Shown: positions 28,354 through 43,229, numbered from the stretch's first letter. The stretch: DNA of 64,000 bases from Octopus vulgaris (GCA_951406725.2 OX597821.1:108872001-108936000), one strand, 5' to 3'. Numbers and translations are program-made. The notes: generated by a model from the letters alone, not told the origin.

Positions 28354-29390
28354 ATATGTTTCTTTATTAGCCACACAGGGCTGCACACAGATAGAACAAA
28401 TTACAAGGTAGAGCTTTTCTTTTGAAGGTTTAAAAAAAAAAAAAAGGAAGGGGGAGTTTCGATCAAAAGGGATCGTAAAAGGAGAGAAAGAGGACAAAAA
28501 AAGGGGGGTTAAAAAAAAAGGGGGAGAGGAAAAAAAAAATTGATCAATAGGGATCGTTATCACATAAATGTCAATATGAAGTGTAAAGGGGAGGACAGGT
28601 GAGGTTTACCCGTGGAAAGAAAAGCCTACGGAAAAGACCACGGTAACCTCGGTCAATGGAGTCACATGTTATATTTCTTCTTTTTTTTTTTCCGAATAAG
28701 CAACTCTCTGTTTTCAATTTCTGGGTTCATAGGATCATGCTCAAGGTGGCTTCGTCATTCATACGTGCCATTCTTGCTACATTCACCCATCTTTTTTTAA
28801 AACATTCGCTAGACAAAACTTGCCTCTCTACTCTCACTTTCCTTTTCAAGTGGTACTTGAAGAAGTTGATGAGAGATTGACCAGAGAGGAATGTGTTTGT
28901 CTCCAATCCTTTCAGACGCGTCCACCAGATACATTCTTTCGCCATAGCCACAAGGATGATGAAAATAGCTCTTCCTTCCCGTTTGAAGGAAGGAGGCGTG
29001 ACAATATTGACGATAGACTCAGCTGATAAACCGACTCGTCCCACACGTGACAGCAGTTGTTCGACATAAGCCCACAGGTCGGAAATTGTTGGACACTGCA
29101 CGAGTGCGTGCAGAACGGTTTCGTCGCTCTGACCGCATCTCGGGCAGGTCGGCCCCGTGTTTCTCGAGCCGTGTCTGTAGAGCTTATCCCGAACGGGTAG
29201 CGCTTCTCGGTAGCACTGCCAGGCCAGGGATCTCTGGAAGTTGTCCATGGGCCCTGGCCCGAAAGTCGTCCTGAACAGGCGGGTCAGGTACTCCTCGTCG
29301 ACGTCCAGGTTCGCCCCGAGCTCGTCGTCGTACCTCCCCTCCACAAAACCCCTATAGAATGCTTTGGTTGTGTTGAAGTCACTCAAGGTC
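28354..29390 (-). mobile_element. L1/Tx1-clade LINE 3' fragment (zf-RVT/CCHC domain plus 3' UTR) abutting (GATA)n
   Basis: ORF 28727-29386 contains LAW..Y..ALPV, CPRCG..DETVLHALVQC and IWW.R. Pyrimidine-rich 3' UTR with AATAAA, then (TCTA)n. Confidence 0.8.
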
Positions 29391-30372
29391 GACCCAGGAC
29401 GGCAGAGTTGCTTGAGAGCAACGCGACACTCGCACAGATATACATGGGTACATACATAAATACTTGCTTACATCTATCCATATATTTAATGTGTGTGTAT
29501 CCAAACATCCCTACGTATTCAAATACATACAGCCATACATACACATATACATAGACACATATACATAGACACACATATGCCTAGACACACATACGTATAT
29601 TTACAAATATAGATGTATACAGGAATATACATACATACATTCATACCTATATGCATACATAAGTTATATACATAGATAGAATGTTGAAATTCCAATGAAG
29701 TAGGCCCTGATCTAGGTTAGAAACCGGCTCTTTCTCTATTGGCAAGAAATCTTGAAATAAACTAAATAATAAACATACATACATGCATGGATACATACAT
29801 ACATACCTACATACATATATACATATATACGTGCATACATACGCACGTACGCACAGAATATTAGTTTCGTAAGCATGTAAACAGAAATAGCCTGATATGG
29901 TATATATTTATATATAGACATTACGATATGAAACTCGATATCAATCAACCCAGCGTGTTAATACAACACTCTTCTACTGACGTATATCGTATCATTAACG
30001 TCGATCATTTTTAGTTGTTCTGATCAAACATATTTATAACTCGTTTGACATATTGTTATGCACAAGGGTTTGGTCAGCCCGGGTTTGGTACGCCCAAGGT
30101 GCCATGCAGTGCGACTGAACTCGTAACCGTGTCGTTGGTTACGTGTCATTGGTAAGCAAGCTTCTTAGCACACAGCCACGTCTGCGCCTATTTACGTGTT
30201 CATGTACGTATGCAAGCATACGTACATATAAGCGTATATGAACTTGTATATGTATGTATACATGTATGTGCATAAGTACGTACATATGTATGTATGTATG
30301 AATGTATGTATGTATGTATGTATGCATGTATGTATGTATGCATGTATGTATGTGTGCATGTATGTTTGTTTA

Positions 30373-30545
30373 TTCAGTTTATTTCAAGATTTCTTGCCAA
30401 TAGAGAAAGAGCCGGTTTCTAACCTAGATCCAAGTCTCCTTCATTTGAATTTCAACATTAACAACAGGGTATGTATGTATGTATGTATGAATGTATGTAT
30501 GTATGTATGTATATGCGTATGTATGTATGTATGTATATATATATG

Positions 30546-30578
<33 letters not shown>

Positions 30579-30741
30579 GTATGCATGTATGTATATATGT
30601 ATGTATGTATGTAAGAATGAATGAATGAATGTATATCATTGTTCAGTTTTATTTCAAGATTTCTTGCTAATACAGAAAGAGCCGGTTTCTAATCTAGATC
30701 CAATACTCGTTCATTGGAATTTCAACACGAACAACAGGGTA
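30373..30741 (+). repeat. ~100-bp element (retroposon 3' end?) embedded in (TGTA)n; copies at 30373-30471, 30642-30741 (+) and 29682-29766 (-)
   Basis: ttcagtttatttcaagatttcttgc..gagccggtttctaacctagatcc..aacaacagggta recurs three times. Confidence 0.6.
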
Positions 30742-30759
30742 GTTTTGTATGTATGTATG

Positions 30760-30793
<34 letters not shown>

Positions 30794-31032
30794 TGTATGT
30801 ATATATATATATATATATATATATACGTATATATATATATATATATATATAATATAAAATAAATATAAGAGTATGTCACTCTAGCCCAGTATCCAAAGGT
30901 TTCATACATGTTTCCCATGAAAGTCAGTACGTATATAAAAAATATTATATATATATATAATTTTACTTACAATATATATATATATATATATATTTTACCA
31001 TAACGATATATATATATATATATATATACAGC

Positions 31033-31063
<31 letters not shown>

Positions 31064-32788
31064 CGTGTAGATTTGTATGTATATATATATATATATATAT
31101 ATACGTTATATATATATATATATATATATATATACGTGTAGATTTGTATGTTTTGTTTTATATGTCTTGTCATGCGTATACTTGCACGTGAAGACATGCT
31201 CACATGTACTTAAATGATAAACTTTTGGACAGTTTTACAAAGTTTTACAGATCCAGGGATGGATTGCGTCTGTAGTCATACTCCTTTCAGCACAAGGCCT
31301 GAGATTTTGCGGGAGAGGGCTAATCGATTACGTCAGTCAAGCGTGTAACTGTTGCTTATTTCCTCGATGCCGAATGGATGAAAAGCAAAGTCGACCTAAG
31401 CAGAATTTGAACTCTGAACATAAATCCGATGTACTAACGATTCGATCTCTTATAGGTTAGTTAATTGCATTTTAATTCACACTCTTGGAGGTTATGCTAT
31501 TTTTTGTTTAATTAACAATTTGGTTTAACTATTACTACCATTTGTCTTAAATGTTCCTTTTATGGAAATGCTGTGAAAGCCATGTGCATTGCTGCTATTT
31601 CGGTGTTTTCCGCACCCCCAAAGGGCGTTTTCTTGTAACAGAAGTTTTAAATTGCGTTAATAAACAATAAAGATCAACTTATTAATAGCGTTTTAACTGT
31701 GTTTCTACTTATGTCAAATCTCAACGAAATATTGGTTTATGATATTGATGTATGACGTCATACAGAGTGCGTCGCACAACCGGGAATAAAGCAAACCACA
31801 AGGGGACAAAATAAATGCAATAAAGAGAAAGTAATACGAACAGCAGGCTTCGATTCCCAGGTCATATGATGTTTCCGGTTCGATCCATGATCAATGATGA
31901 ATCACATGATCACGCTGGATCATGATATGAATTCCATGAACCTAAAAATATGTACCGAATGTCCTTGTACTTTTGCCCTTCTCAGATCGCTGGGGTTGCC
32001 TTCTACGATGTTCTAAATCTGCTTGATGAACCCTAATCCTAACCCTGGCAATGTTGGGTTGTCGAGGAATTTTTTATCTTTTATTTGTTATTTTTTATCT
32101 CTTACTTGTTTCAGTCGTTAGACTGCGGCCATGCTGGAGCATAACCTTGAAGGAAAGTGGCCGAACGAATCGAGTCGACTACGAATTTTTATCAAAGCCC
32201 TGGAACTTATTCTATCAGACCCATTTGCCGAAGCGATAGGTAATGGGAACGTAAAAGCATAACACTAAATGTCAAGCGTCTTGTCATTTGAACAATAATC
32301 AGGTACCCAAGACTTAACAAAGAAGGGGTTCTAGATTTACTAGAAAAAAAGTCCCTAATTTATATTAAAGGACATTCTATCGTCTTAGAATGTAAGTCCT
32401 AGACATACACTGGCACTTAATAATACAGCTGTGGTCCAGTAAAGATGCAGTATGACCATAGCTGTTATCCTAATACAGCATCAGCAGATAATAGAGTAAG
32501 AAGGAAGTGGACCAGCGAAGACAATAGGATGCAGTGCTACTTAGAAAGTGAAGCTAAAAGAAAGGGTCTATAGAAAACAGATGTTAATACTTTGGATAGA
32601 GAAGGATATGTTTAAAGTGACTGGGCAGAGATTAGTAGATCAAGCTAACGCTATTAGGAGAAGAAAGTGGATGGCAAAACAGGATGCTGAAGAGATCACA
32701 AAAAAAATGGAAAAGAAAGACTAGGCAGTGGGAAAGACAAACAGCAACATAAGAGATACAGCTCAAACCAAAGAACCTAAAGGAAGAA

Positions 32789-33421
32789 TTACTATTTTTA
32801 AATCCCACAGCGAGAGATATTCAGCAACAGTACTTTGTAGTAAAGATTGTTTGCCAACACAACATGGCAGTCTCGGTTTAGGACGAATGTTGCTGTAATT
32901 TAGCTCCAGTAGACATCGTCTCCAGCTAGCTATACAACACGATATGTGTCCTCATATTTTCGAACAAGGGAATCTAGCACCCCAACTCAGCTCAAAACAA
33001 TATCTGTGTATCGCGATTTCCGGGTTATTTCCCTTCATCCGACAGAATAATTATTCGGCTAGAAATGGCACTGCAAAATTCTCGTTCGAAGTATATAGTT
33101 TTCAAAGTGACAATTAGTCACTGATCTATAAATCTGAAAATTACTATTTTTAAATCTCACAGCGAGAGATATTCAGCATCAGTACTTTGTAGTAAAGATT
33201 GTTTGCCAACATAACATGGCAGTCCTGGTTTAGGATGAATGTTGCTGTAATTTAGCCCCAGGAGACATCGTCTCCAGCTGGCTACACGACACAATGTAAG
33301 GAATGTAAGGACACATATCGTGTCGTATAGCCAGCTGAAGACGATGTCTCCAAGTGCTAAATTACAGAAACATTCGTCTTAAACCGGGACTGCTATGTTG
33401 TGTTGGCAAACAATCTTTATT
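32789..33421 (-). mobile_element. Second retrozyme-like insertion (352-bp unit x ~1.45 plus inverted arm), nested in a dead R4/Dong LINE
   Basis: ttactatttttaaat recurs at 32789 and 33141. An inverted copy lies at ~33306-33420. A 12-bp TSD ctaaaggaagaa sits at 32777-32788 and 33422-33433. Confidence 0.7.
33003..33046 (-). ncRNA. Degenerate minimal hammerhead ribozyme
   Basis: Minus strand reads UCUGU-CGGAUGA-A-GGG(AAAUAA)CCC-G-GAAA-UCGCGA-UA-CACAGA. Stem III is palindromic. There is one core mismatch versus CUGANGA. Confidence 0.55.
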
Positions 33422-34907
33422 CTAAAGGAAGAAGATAATAACAGCGTTACCAATTAGGAAGGGAGCACTGGCACCAGCAATTTAAGTGAGGAAGATCAGA
33501 AGATTTTAGATGGGTTGCAAGAAGTAATGGGTAAAGAAGTAATAAAAACACTGCCAGCATTAAAAGGCACCAACAGAAGGAGGCTATAAGAAATGACTAG
33601 GGAAGTAGATTCTGTTATCAGTAGAATAGATGCTAAAAATATAGGAGATACTAACTTATTGATCTACGCAGGAGGATTAGTAGTCACCAGAAGATTAGAT
33701 ATTCCACAAGGACATATTAAAATAGAATGAATATGGAAAAGGAGATTACAAAATAAAGTGAAGACTTTAAGACAAGATCGGGGTTGAATAGAAGCCTGGA
33801 AACTAAACGAGTTAGGAAACACAAGATGCAAATCTTCTCTTAAGAGAAGATACTTAGTCAAAAAGAAAGGATTTGGTACAGTAATAGAATAGTTGAAACA
33901 GCGTATTATAGCAGTTGCAGGCAAGCTCTCCGGATATCAGAAAAGAATAGATCAGTATCAACAGAATATATTATTTGAGACAGACCAGAGGAGATTTATG
34001 ACCAAATAAATAGTGAAGAAACGAAGTACTGAAGATGAGAAACCTAATGCAGAAGGAGCTAGAAAGTTCTGGAGTAATATTTGGGATAAACCAGTCAATC
34101 ATAATGGAGATGCAGTATGGTTAAAGAGGGTGAGAGAAGTAGTGAGTGATAAGCAGACAGATCTAAGACTAATTAGTGCATTAATGAGTAAAGTGTTAGG
34201 AAAAATGCCGAACTAGAAGAGCCCAGGACCAGATTTAGTTCAAGGGTAATGACTAAAGATGTTCAGTAGTTTACACGGGATGCAGAGGGAACAACTTCAG
34301 GATTGCTTTAATGGAGAAATAATACCAGATTGGATGACTAGAGGGAGGTTACACCTTATGAAAGATAAAAGCAAGGGTAATACAGCTAGCAATTAAAGAT
34401 CAATCACTTGTAGAAGCTGTTAACAGGAATGCTTTCAGAAAACATTTACGAGCACGTTGACAACCAGAATTTACTACCAGATGAACAGTTGCAGGAAGAA
34501 GGCTTGAGACACTTATGATCTATTATACACAGGTAAAGCAGTTCTAAATTAAAGCTAGAAAGAAAAATCTTACAAAAGCATGGATAAATTATAAGAAAGC
34601 CTGTGACAAGATCCCACACTCATGGAGGTTTGAGTATATTCAGTATATCAGACAACATAAGAGAATTAATTAGTTTAAGCATGGAGAAATGGAAAGCAGG
34701 TCTGTACTCAGGTGACACTGTCTAAGGGAAAATTGATATCAAGAGGAAAATTTTCCAGGGGGATTTCTTATCCCCTTTAATATTTGCATTATATTTGATC
34801 TCCCCGAATTTAGTATTAAGGAAGGCAAAAGCAGGGTATCAATTCAGAAATAGTAAAATTAACCATTTGCTCTACATGGATGATCTGAAACTTTTTTGAT
34901 GATGATG

Positions 34908-35022
<115 letters not shown>

Positions 35023-36599
35023 TAATAATAATGGTTTCAAATTTTGGCACAAGGCCAACAATTGCAGGGCAGAGGATTAGTCGACAACGTCAATCGCAGT
35101 ACTTAACTGGTACTTATTTCATCGGCCCTGAAAGGATTAAATGGGAAATCGACTCGGCGGGATTTGAACTCAGAACGTAAAGACAGACGGACGAAACGTA
35201 TCTAGAGCACTTTGCCCGACATGCTCACCGCTTTAATAAAAATGCTGGCTGGTTTATAGTGGAGAATCTTTCCTTATATGTATAACAGCTTTATCAGAGC
35301 AGGTCTTGGGCTAATCGAAAAAAAGAAAACGATAATAACCCACTAATGACACCATGAGAACTGACTCGTAGCCAAAAGCAAAAACACCACCTATTATACA
35401 ATAACAAAAACAACAGCAACAACCGCAACATTAATAATGGCAAATACTTTCTCTTTCATCGTTCTTTGATCACAAGTCTGTAATTATTTCATAACATCAT
35501 AATTATACATTTAGATTTAATATGGCGGAACAACAAACAAAAGTTTGAAATTAGGAAAATGTGGCCGGTAATTTTTATGAAGATCAATAAAAATAATAAA
35601 GTAATTGCAGAGATATTATACCGCAAAAGAAAACAAAATGAACATTGAGATACATACATCGGTTGTTAGTGTGTGCATTTTAATTCCTTATACGTAGATT
35701 GGACCATACGCAAAAATTTAATAACCCATATTTGGTCTATATTAGATATTAATGTTTCCTTATGTTCAGCAAAGTGGAGACACACGTCTTAGTGTTCAGA
35801 GCGGCGAACTCGCGGTCGAGGGATAGCGGGTTCGAGTCTCAGACCAGTCGATGTGTGTGTCTATGAGCGATACAACTAAGCTCCACGCCGCTCCGGCAGA
35901 AGGTAATGGCGAACTTCTGTTGACTCTTTCACCACAACTTTCTCTCTCTTTCCTCCTGCATCTAGCAGCTCACCTGCGACGGACCGGTGTCCCCTCCAGA
36001 TAAGGAACCTATACACCGATGAAACCGTGAAACCGGCTCTTATGAGCCAGGCATGGCTCCAGAAATAACAAACAACAACATGTTTGGTCTATATTAGATA
36101 TTAATGCTTCCTGATGTTAAGCGAAGGTGGTGAGCCGGCGGAATCGTTAGCACGTCGAACTAAATGTTTAGCTGCATTATTCTAGCTCTTTAGGTTGAGT
36201 TCAAATCCAACTGAGGTCACTTTTGCGTTTCTTCCATTTGGGGTCGATAAAATAAAGTACCAGTCAAGTAATTCACTTGCCTTCTCCTCTCGAAATTGCT
36301 GGCCCTTAATCCTGCAATGGATTGGCATCTCAGAAAAATTCGTAACACACCATAAGAGTTCTGGGACTCGAGAACCTAAAAATATAAAATTAAAATAGAG
36401 AGGAAATAGGAATGGCAGTGTGGTAAGAAGCTTGCTTACCAACCACATGGTTCCAGGTTCAGTCCCAATGCATGGTATCTTGGGCAAGTGTCTTCTACAC
36501 TGGACATCGGGACGACCAAAGCCTTGTGAGTAGATTTGCTAGACGTAAACTGAAAGACGCCCGTCGTACATATGTATATATGTGTGTGTGTGTGTGTGT

Positions 36600-36657
<58 letters not shown>

Positions 36658-37702
36658 GTGTGTTTGTATTCGCGTGTCTGTTTTTGTCTCCCACCATCGC
36701 TTGACAACTGATGTTGGTGTGTTTACGCTCCCGTAACCTAGCGGTTTGGCAAAGACACCGATAGAATAAGTGCTAGGCTTACAAAAACTAACTCGTGAGG
36801 TCGATTTGTTCGACTAAAGGCGATGCTCCAGTATAGTCGCAGTCAAATGACTGAAAGAATTAAAAGAATAAAAGAAAGAATATATGTATATACATACATA
36901 TATATATATGTATGTGCGTGTTTGTGTGTGTGTGTATGTGTGTGTGTGTGAAGGCGCGTGGCTTAGTGGTTAGAGCATTCGACTCACTATTGTAAGGTCG
37001 AGAGTTCAATTCTCAGCGACGCGTTGAGCAAGACACTTTGAGCAACGCAGCTGGCAAAATTGAGTTGTACCTGAATTTCAAAGGAGCCAGCCTTGTAATA
37101 TCCTGTGTGACGCTGGACCACCCTGAGAACAACGTTAAAGCTACATGTGTCTATGGAGTACTCAGCTACTTGCACGTTAGTTTCACGATCAGACTTTTCC
37201 GTTGATTTTATCAGCCGGGACCCTAAACGTCGTAAGCGACGAAGTGCTCCTTCATATATATATATATATATATATAGATATATAGATATATAGATATATA
37301 GATATATGCATATATACATAGATACATATATACATATATACATACATACATATATGTCTATATATATATGCATATATTTGCACAGGACGACATAAAACGT
37401 AAAGTACATGAAATAAAAAAAAACATGGAAAACAAACTTTTTGCGAATAATGAAAGAAACAAATGGAAAACGAGACGAGTAACATAAAGAACGACCCTTC
37501 ATCAGTTATTGGCTGTTTATCTACTCTACATTTCGAGCAATTACGACACGATGTGTCTTCGACAAAACAGTTGCTCCTGCAAAGCAAAATAAAATTTGGG
37601 ATTTGCGGAAGGTCAAAGTTCGTAACAAAACAGGTTAGTGAAAAACATACAGTAAAGACTGCGAAGCCATAACGAGGTGAGGTGACGAACGCTATATTTA
37701 TG

Positions 37703-37738
<36 letters not shown>

Positions 37739-37937
37739 AAAAAGGAGATGTGGAACACGAGTTGTGATATATCAAAAAAGGAAATGAAGAAAATGCTGAC
37801 AAAATAATTTAAGTAAGGGAGAGTGTATTTAATTAGGTGAAAGTTCTTTTTTTAAACAAAAAAAGAGAAAAATTGGGTTAGAATACAATGTTCTTTTACA
37901 GTTTTCTGTTTAGTAAAAGCGTGTAATCACCCAGATA

Positions 37938-39212
37938 TTAACACCATGACATGTCTGTTTCTACTTTTTTGTTGTGAATTTTAATGAGGATGTCGAGGAA
38001 GGGAATTTGTTGAGGGCTGTATTCCATTGTGAAAATGATGTTTGTGTTGAGCCCATTTATAAGGGTGTGAAATTCTTTAAGCTTCTCGATGGTTTCGGGC
38101 CAAAGGATGAAGCAGTCATCAAGATATCTCTTCCAGTTCTTCTCTATGTGTGTGTGGAGAGTAGTGCCAAATTGGTTAAGAACCTTATTATAGAGGGTGA
38201 TTTCCAGGTATGCCATGACTAGGTTGGCGTAAGTGGGAGCTGTTTTCGTTCCCATTGCCGTCCCTGATTTCTGTCTGTAGAATTTGTTGTTGAAGGTGAA
38301 GAAAGTATTCTCTAAGATGAATTTCAGTCCTTCTAAAATAAATTCCTTTTTGATGCGGTGTGGGAGTTCGTTGGAGTAATTATCCAGCCAGAATTGGATA
38401 GCTTCTATTCCTAGGTTGTGGGGGATGTTGGAGTAAAGATTAACTACATCGAATGTTACTAGCAGGGTTTGTTCAGCAAGAAGTGTATTGGGGAGGTGGT
38501 TGAGCATATCTAGATCGTCCCTTATGTAGCTTTTAATGTGTTTGAGGAAGGGCTTAAGAAGGGTATCAATGAAGTTGCTAAGGCGGTGGGTTTCGCAAGC
38601 GGGACCTGCTATTATAGGTCTCAATTTGAGGTCATTTGGTGAGGGGACATTGATTACAGAGTTTGTGGCTTCCTTGCATGCCTTACTTATTAATTCGCTT
38701 TTATGAATTTTGGGAATACCGTAGAAGAGGCTGGTTTTACTAGTGAAATTTGTGATGAAGTTGAATTCTTTGTTAGTGAGTTCTTCTTTGTGGGGGTTGA
38801 TCAGGGTTTTTAAGTTTCTCATAATTTTCTGTTGATTGTAGTGTTCAGCCTTTTCGTAATATGTTCCATTTTCCAAGGTGGAGAGTGCTAAGTTGATATA
38901 GTATTCTGTCTCCATTAAGACTACTGCACTTCCTTTGTCGGCCTCTTTAATGGTGATAGATCTTTCATTTTTTAATTTGTTTAATTCTTCCCACTCTTTC
39001 TTGTTGAGGTTTGGTTTGGGTTTTGATTTGTGTAAGTGTTGGTAAGGGAAGTTTGTAATGTGCTCACAGAATTCGTCTAGGATTTTATTTCTACCTTTTG
39101 GTGGGGTGTAGTTGCTTTTATTTCTAGCTAGTGACTCATCCTCATTGTGCTGGTCGAATAGCTCCTCACTAAGTTGTAATTTTCTACAAAATTCTGTAAT
39201 GTCCTCCTTCAT
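37938..39212 (-). CDS. Penelope-like element reverse transcriptase (truncated before the endonuclease)
   Basis: PLE RT motifs ADKG, FYGIPKIHK, LRPIIAG, FDVVNLYSNIP, QKSGTAMG, RYLDD and PFLDILI. An upstream LLSKGLKF motif lies near 39250. Confidence 0.92.
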   Translation of the reverse strand: MKEDITEFCRKLQLSEELFDQHNEDESLARNKSNYTPPKGRNKILDEFCEHITNFPYQHLHKSKPKPNLNKKEWEELNKLKNERSITIKEADKGSAVVLMETEYYINLALSTLENGTYYEKAEHYNQQKIMRNLKTLINPHKEELTNKEFNFITNFTSKTSLFYGIPKIHKSELISKACKEATNSVINVPSPNDLKLRPIIAGPACETHRLSNFIDTLLKPFLKHIKSYIRDDLDMLNHLPNTLLAEQTLLVTFDVVNLYSNIPHNLGIEAIQFWLDNYSNELPHRIKKEFILEGLKFILENTFFTFNNKFYRQKSGTAMGTKTAPTYANLVMAYLEITLYNKVLNQFGTTLHTHIEKNWKRYLDDCFILWPETIEKLKEFHTLINGLNTNIIFTMEYSPQQIPFLDILIKIHNKKVETDMSWC

Positions 39213-39698
39213 TTCGTAGTAGTTTGGACGTGGGGGGGGTGAATTTAAGACCTTTGGAGAGTAAGTTGAGAAGGTTGGGGTTGGGTTCTGTATTGGTTAA
39301 ATTGATGACTTTAATTACTTTCTGTTTCTCTTCCCTGTCCTGTGTTATTTTGTTTGCCTGTATCTGTGTGCTGTGTCTAAAAAATGGTTGGGGTAGAGGG
39401 GTTGTCTGTTGGTGTTAAGAGGTCCTGTGTGTTTGTTATATTCCTTGTTGTGAAATATGGTTCGGGTTCGTGGTTGTGGATAGAATGGGTTGTTCCTGTA
39501 TTGCGGGTTTTGGTGTGTGTTTCTTTGTGTCATGTTGGATTGTGGTGATATGAGTGGCCTACGTGGGTGCTTGTATCGAGTGGTAGGGGCTTGTTGTGTA
39601 TTGTGAGAGTTGAGAAAGTGAAAATGGAGAGATAATGGGAAAAAAACGGTGCGAGAAAAAAAAAAACAGTGTACAGTTCAGTGGTCCAACATGGCACA

Positions 39699-39739
<41 letters not shown>

Positions 39740-40508
39740 GTATATATATATATATATATATATACAATCAATAAACAATATGTATGTAAAAATAGGGAAT
39801 TAATTTTCATGTACCTTGTACTTATAAAGATACTCTAGCGAAAGGCTTCCGCTCAGTTTCCATCCATCTTACAAACTTAACTCACAAAACTTGGTATCCA
39901 TTTCAATAGAAATGAAACACCAACTAAATCCATAAGGTGCTCAGCAAAAGAACATAACTTGAACGCATGAACCACACCACAGTACACAGCTTTACCCTGC
40001 ATCAGTCTAAGACAATTTTAAAAGATTAAGTTTAAATTTATTTCTACAATTTTGATGAGAGTTTCAATTAGTTAATGTCTTTTCACCCATGAGACTGGGC
40101 TTCATCAGCGAGGCAATTTTCTTTATTACTTCAACTCAGTGAACTTCGAGTCATTCAGATTCCTAGGATAAATTACTAACATACAAATTAATGTACAGAT
40201 TAGCTGATCGTTTAATATAGAGACACCATTTTCTAAAATGAAGTCTGCATTAAAAAAACAATCTATTCATAATTTAAAGGACATATACATTAAGTACATT
40301 TAGTAACTCTATAGGTGTATATATGTATGTATATATGTATATATATATATATATAAGCAATAATAAATCTGCACACACACACATATATATATAAATATAT
40401 ATATATATATATGTATATATATACATATATATATGCATATATATATACATACATACATGTACTCACACACACACATATATGTATATATCTATATATCTAT
40501 GTATATGT

Positions 40509-40571
<63 letters not shown>

Positions 40572-40776
40572 TACATGCGTATATAAATACTTATACAATA
40601 TACATATTTTTTAAGTACTTATATGTGTTTTCACATACTAATTAAAATTACTTTTATTGAAATCAAATTAATGTTGATCTAGATTACAGTAAAATTTTAT
40701 ATATAAATACATACATGCACAGACGTATAGTTATACATGCTAACATATACAGACACAAACATAAATTCATATGTAC

Positions 40777-40851
<75 letters not shown>

Positions 40852-41184
40852 GTAGAGAGAAATGAAAGAGGAGCACTCCGTTGATTACGGCGCCGAAGGT
40901 CCCAGCTGATACGGAATAGCTTGCGCGTGTAATTAACGTTCAAGTGGCTGTGTACACCACAGATACATGTACCCTTAACATAGTTATCAGTGAGATTCCC
41001 CGTGATACAGAATGTGACAAAGCCGGCCCTTTGAAATACAGGTACTAGTAATTTTGTCAGTTGAGTACACTGGCGCAACGTGAAATAAAGTGTCTTGCTC
41101 AAGGGTACAGTGCGTCGCCGGGAATTGAACTCACGATCTTACGATCGTGAAAGGAATGCCCTAACCACTAAGCCACGCGCCTTC

Positions 41185-41275
<91 letters not shown>

Positions 41276-41630
41276 ACTCATAAGTTTATATGTGTGTGTG
41301 TGTAAGATACATATTCTTGTATACATATATTATATATATCTATATATGTGCATAAATGTATATGTATGTGATTGTGTGTGTGCGTACGTGTATGAGTGTA
41401 TGTATGTATGTATGTATGATGTAAATTTGTCTTCCAGAAAAAATGTCATTGTTTATCACCATATTTACCATTAACTGCAAGTGACAGACATTTAGTAAAA
41501 CAAATTCCATTGGCCAATCAAATCGCTGCAAACACTAGACCAAGTCATATTATATTCGCAGGGAATTAAGTGCAAAAATATTCAATTCGTGGACCACCAA
41601 AATTCCAACTCCATATAAAGTATGTGGCGC

Positions 41631-41784
<154 letters not shown>

Positions 41785-41810
41785 TAATAATTATTATTTA
41801 TTATTATTAT

Positions 41811-43117
41811 TGTCCCAGTTATAAGTTACAGCTACAATATCCTTAACTGGACACGATATGAACTGACCAAAATAGATAGGAAAACAAGAAAAATAATGAC
41901 AGGATCTAGGATGCATCACCCAAAATCTGACATAGAAAGACTATATATACAACGTATAGAAGGTGGTAGAGGCCTTATACAGCTGGAAAACTACTATAAA
42001 ATAACCACCATAGGACTGCAAAAATATCTACTTCAGAAGGAAGGAAAACTGATCCAGATAGCGGCAAAACACGAGCAAAACAAAAAACTGTTCTCAGTAT
42101 TTAAGGAAGCTGACAAATACAAACAAGAAATCATACCACCTAATAAACATGAAGAAGAAGAAGAAGAAGATGAAGAAACAACAAAAGCTATAAAACAAAT
42201 GAAATCCAAACTAAAAATAGAACAGCAACGAACCATGATAAAACGATGGCAAGAAAAGCCCCTTCATGGTAAATACTGGACTAAACTAAACGCAAAAGAA
42301 ATAGACAAAGAAAAATCCCAGCAATGGTTGAGAAGCTCAGGACTCAAAGCAGAAACAGAGGGATTTTTAATTGCAGCACAAGACCAAAGCCTCCCCACCA
42401 GAAATTAACAAAAACATGTAATGAAAAGAAATATTACAAGTAACTGCAGAATATGTGGAGATGGACAAGAAACAATAAATCATATTATCTCTAGCTGCCC
42501 AGTCCTGGCTAAGAAGGAATATATTCACAGACATGACAGAGTTGGAACTTACATACATTGGAAGCTATGCCAACATTATGGAATAACAACAGAAAAAAGA
42601 TGGTATAGGCACACACCAGAAAAGGTCACAGAAAACGAGAAAGCAACCATACTCTGGGATATGCCGATACACACAGATAGAGAAATTAAGGCCAACAGAC
42701 CAGATATAGTTGTCAGAGACCATGAAGAAAAAAAATGCTTTCTAATTGATGTATCAGTACCGACAGATGACAACGTGTCTCTAAAAGAAATGGAGAAACT
42801 CTCAAAATACAAAGACCTGGAAATAGAGGTAACTAGAATGTGGAATCTGAAAACAGAAACAATTCCTATCATAGTAGGTGCATTAGGCATGATAAAAAAA
42901 TATTCAGACAAATACATAACAAAAACACCAGGACTTACAAACACATATAACATACAGAAAATTGCACTACTAGGCACTGCACACATCCTACGCAGAACAC
43001 TTTCCATACAATAACCATCAGAGCATCACAACAAATCACAGCACATACCCAAGGCACACAGAGCTGCGCTCGGTAGTGAAGTGAAAGCACGCTATAAAAA
43101 TAAAAATAAAACTACTG
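41811..43117 (+). mobile_element. R4/Dong-clade LINE, 5'-truncated (RT C-terminus, CCHC knuckle, RLE endonuclease), inserted in (TAA)n
   Basis: ORFs 41896-42408 and 42421-43014 carry CRICG..ETINHIISSC, RHD, RPDIV and D....K..KY. The 3' UTR ends in (TAA)n. There is one in-frame stop at 42406. Confidence 0.9.
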
Positions 43118-43121
43118 AATG

Positions 43122-43186
<65 letters not shown>

Positions 43187-43229
43187 AATAATAATAATGA
43201 TGATAATAATAATGATAATAATAATAATG

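Larger units (their letters stand above)
32400..34898 (+). pseudogene. Degenerate R4/Dong-clade LINE N-terminus and RT
   Basis: Broken frames read RRKW..ED, FWSNIW, KSPGPD, YKKA.D.IPH, IFQGD.LSP and LLYMDDLKL (YMDD at 34873-34884). Many stops. The start is approximate. Confidence 0.75.

Noticed and set aside
37495-37590. Minus-strand GCUC-GAAAUGUA ... CUGAUGA-AGGG (possible permuted hammerhead)
   Set aside because: Core halves could not be joined by a consistent stem I in either topology.
40080-40112. Minus-strand CUGAUGA-A-GCCCA..UGGGU-GAAA
   Set aside because: No stem III/NUH or stem I partner follows.
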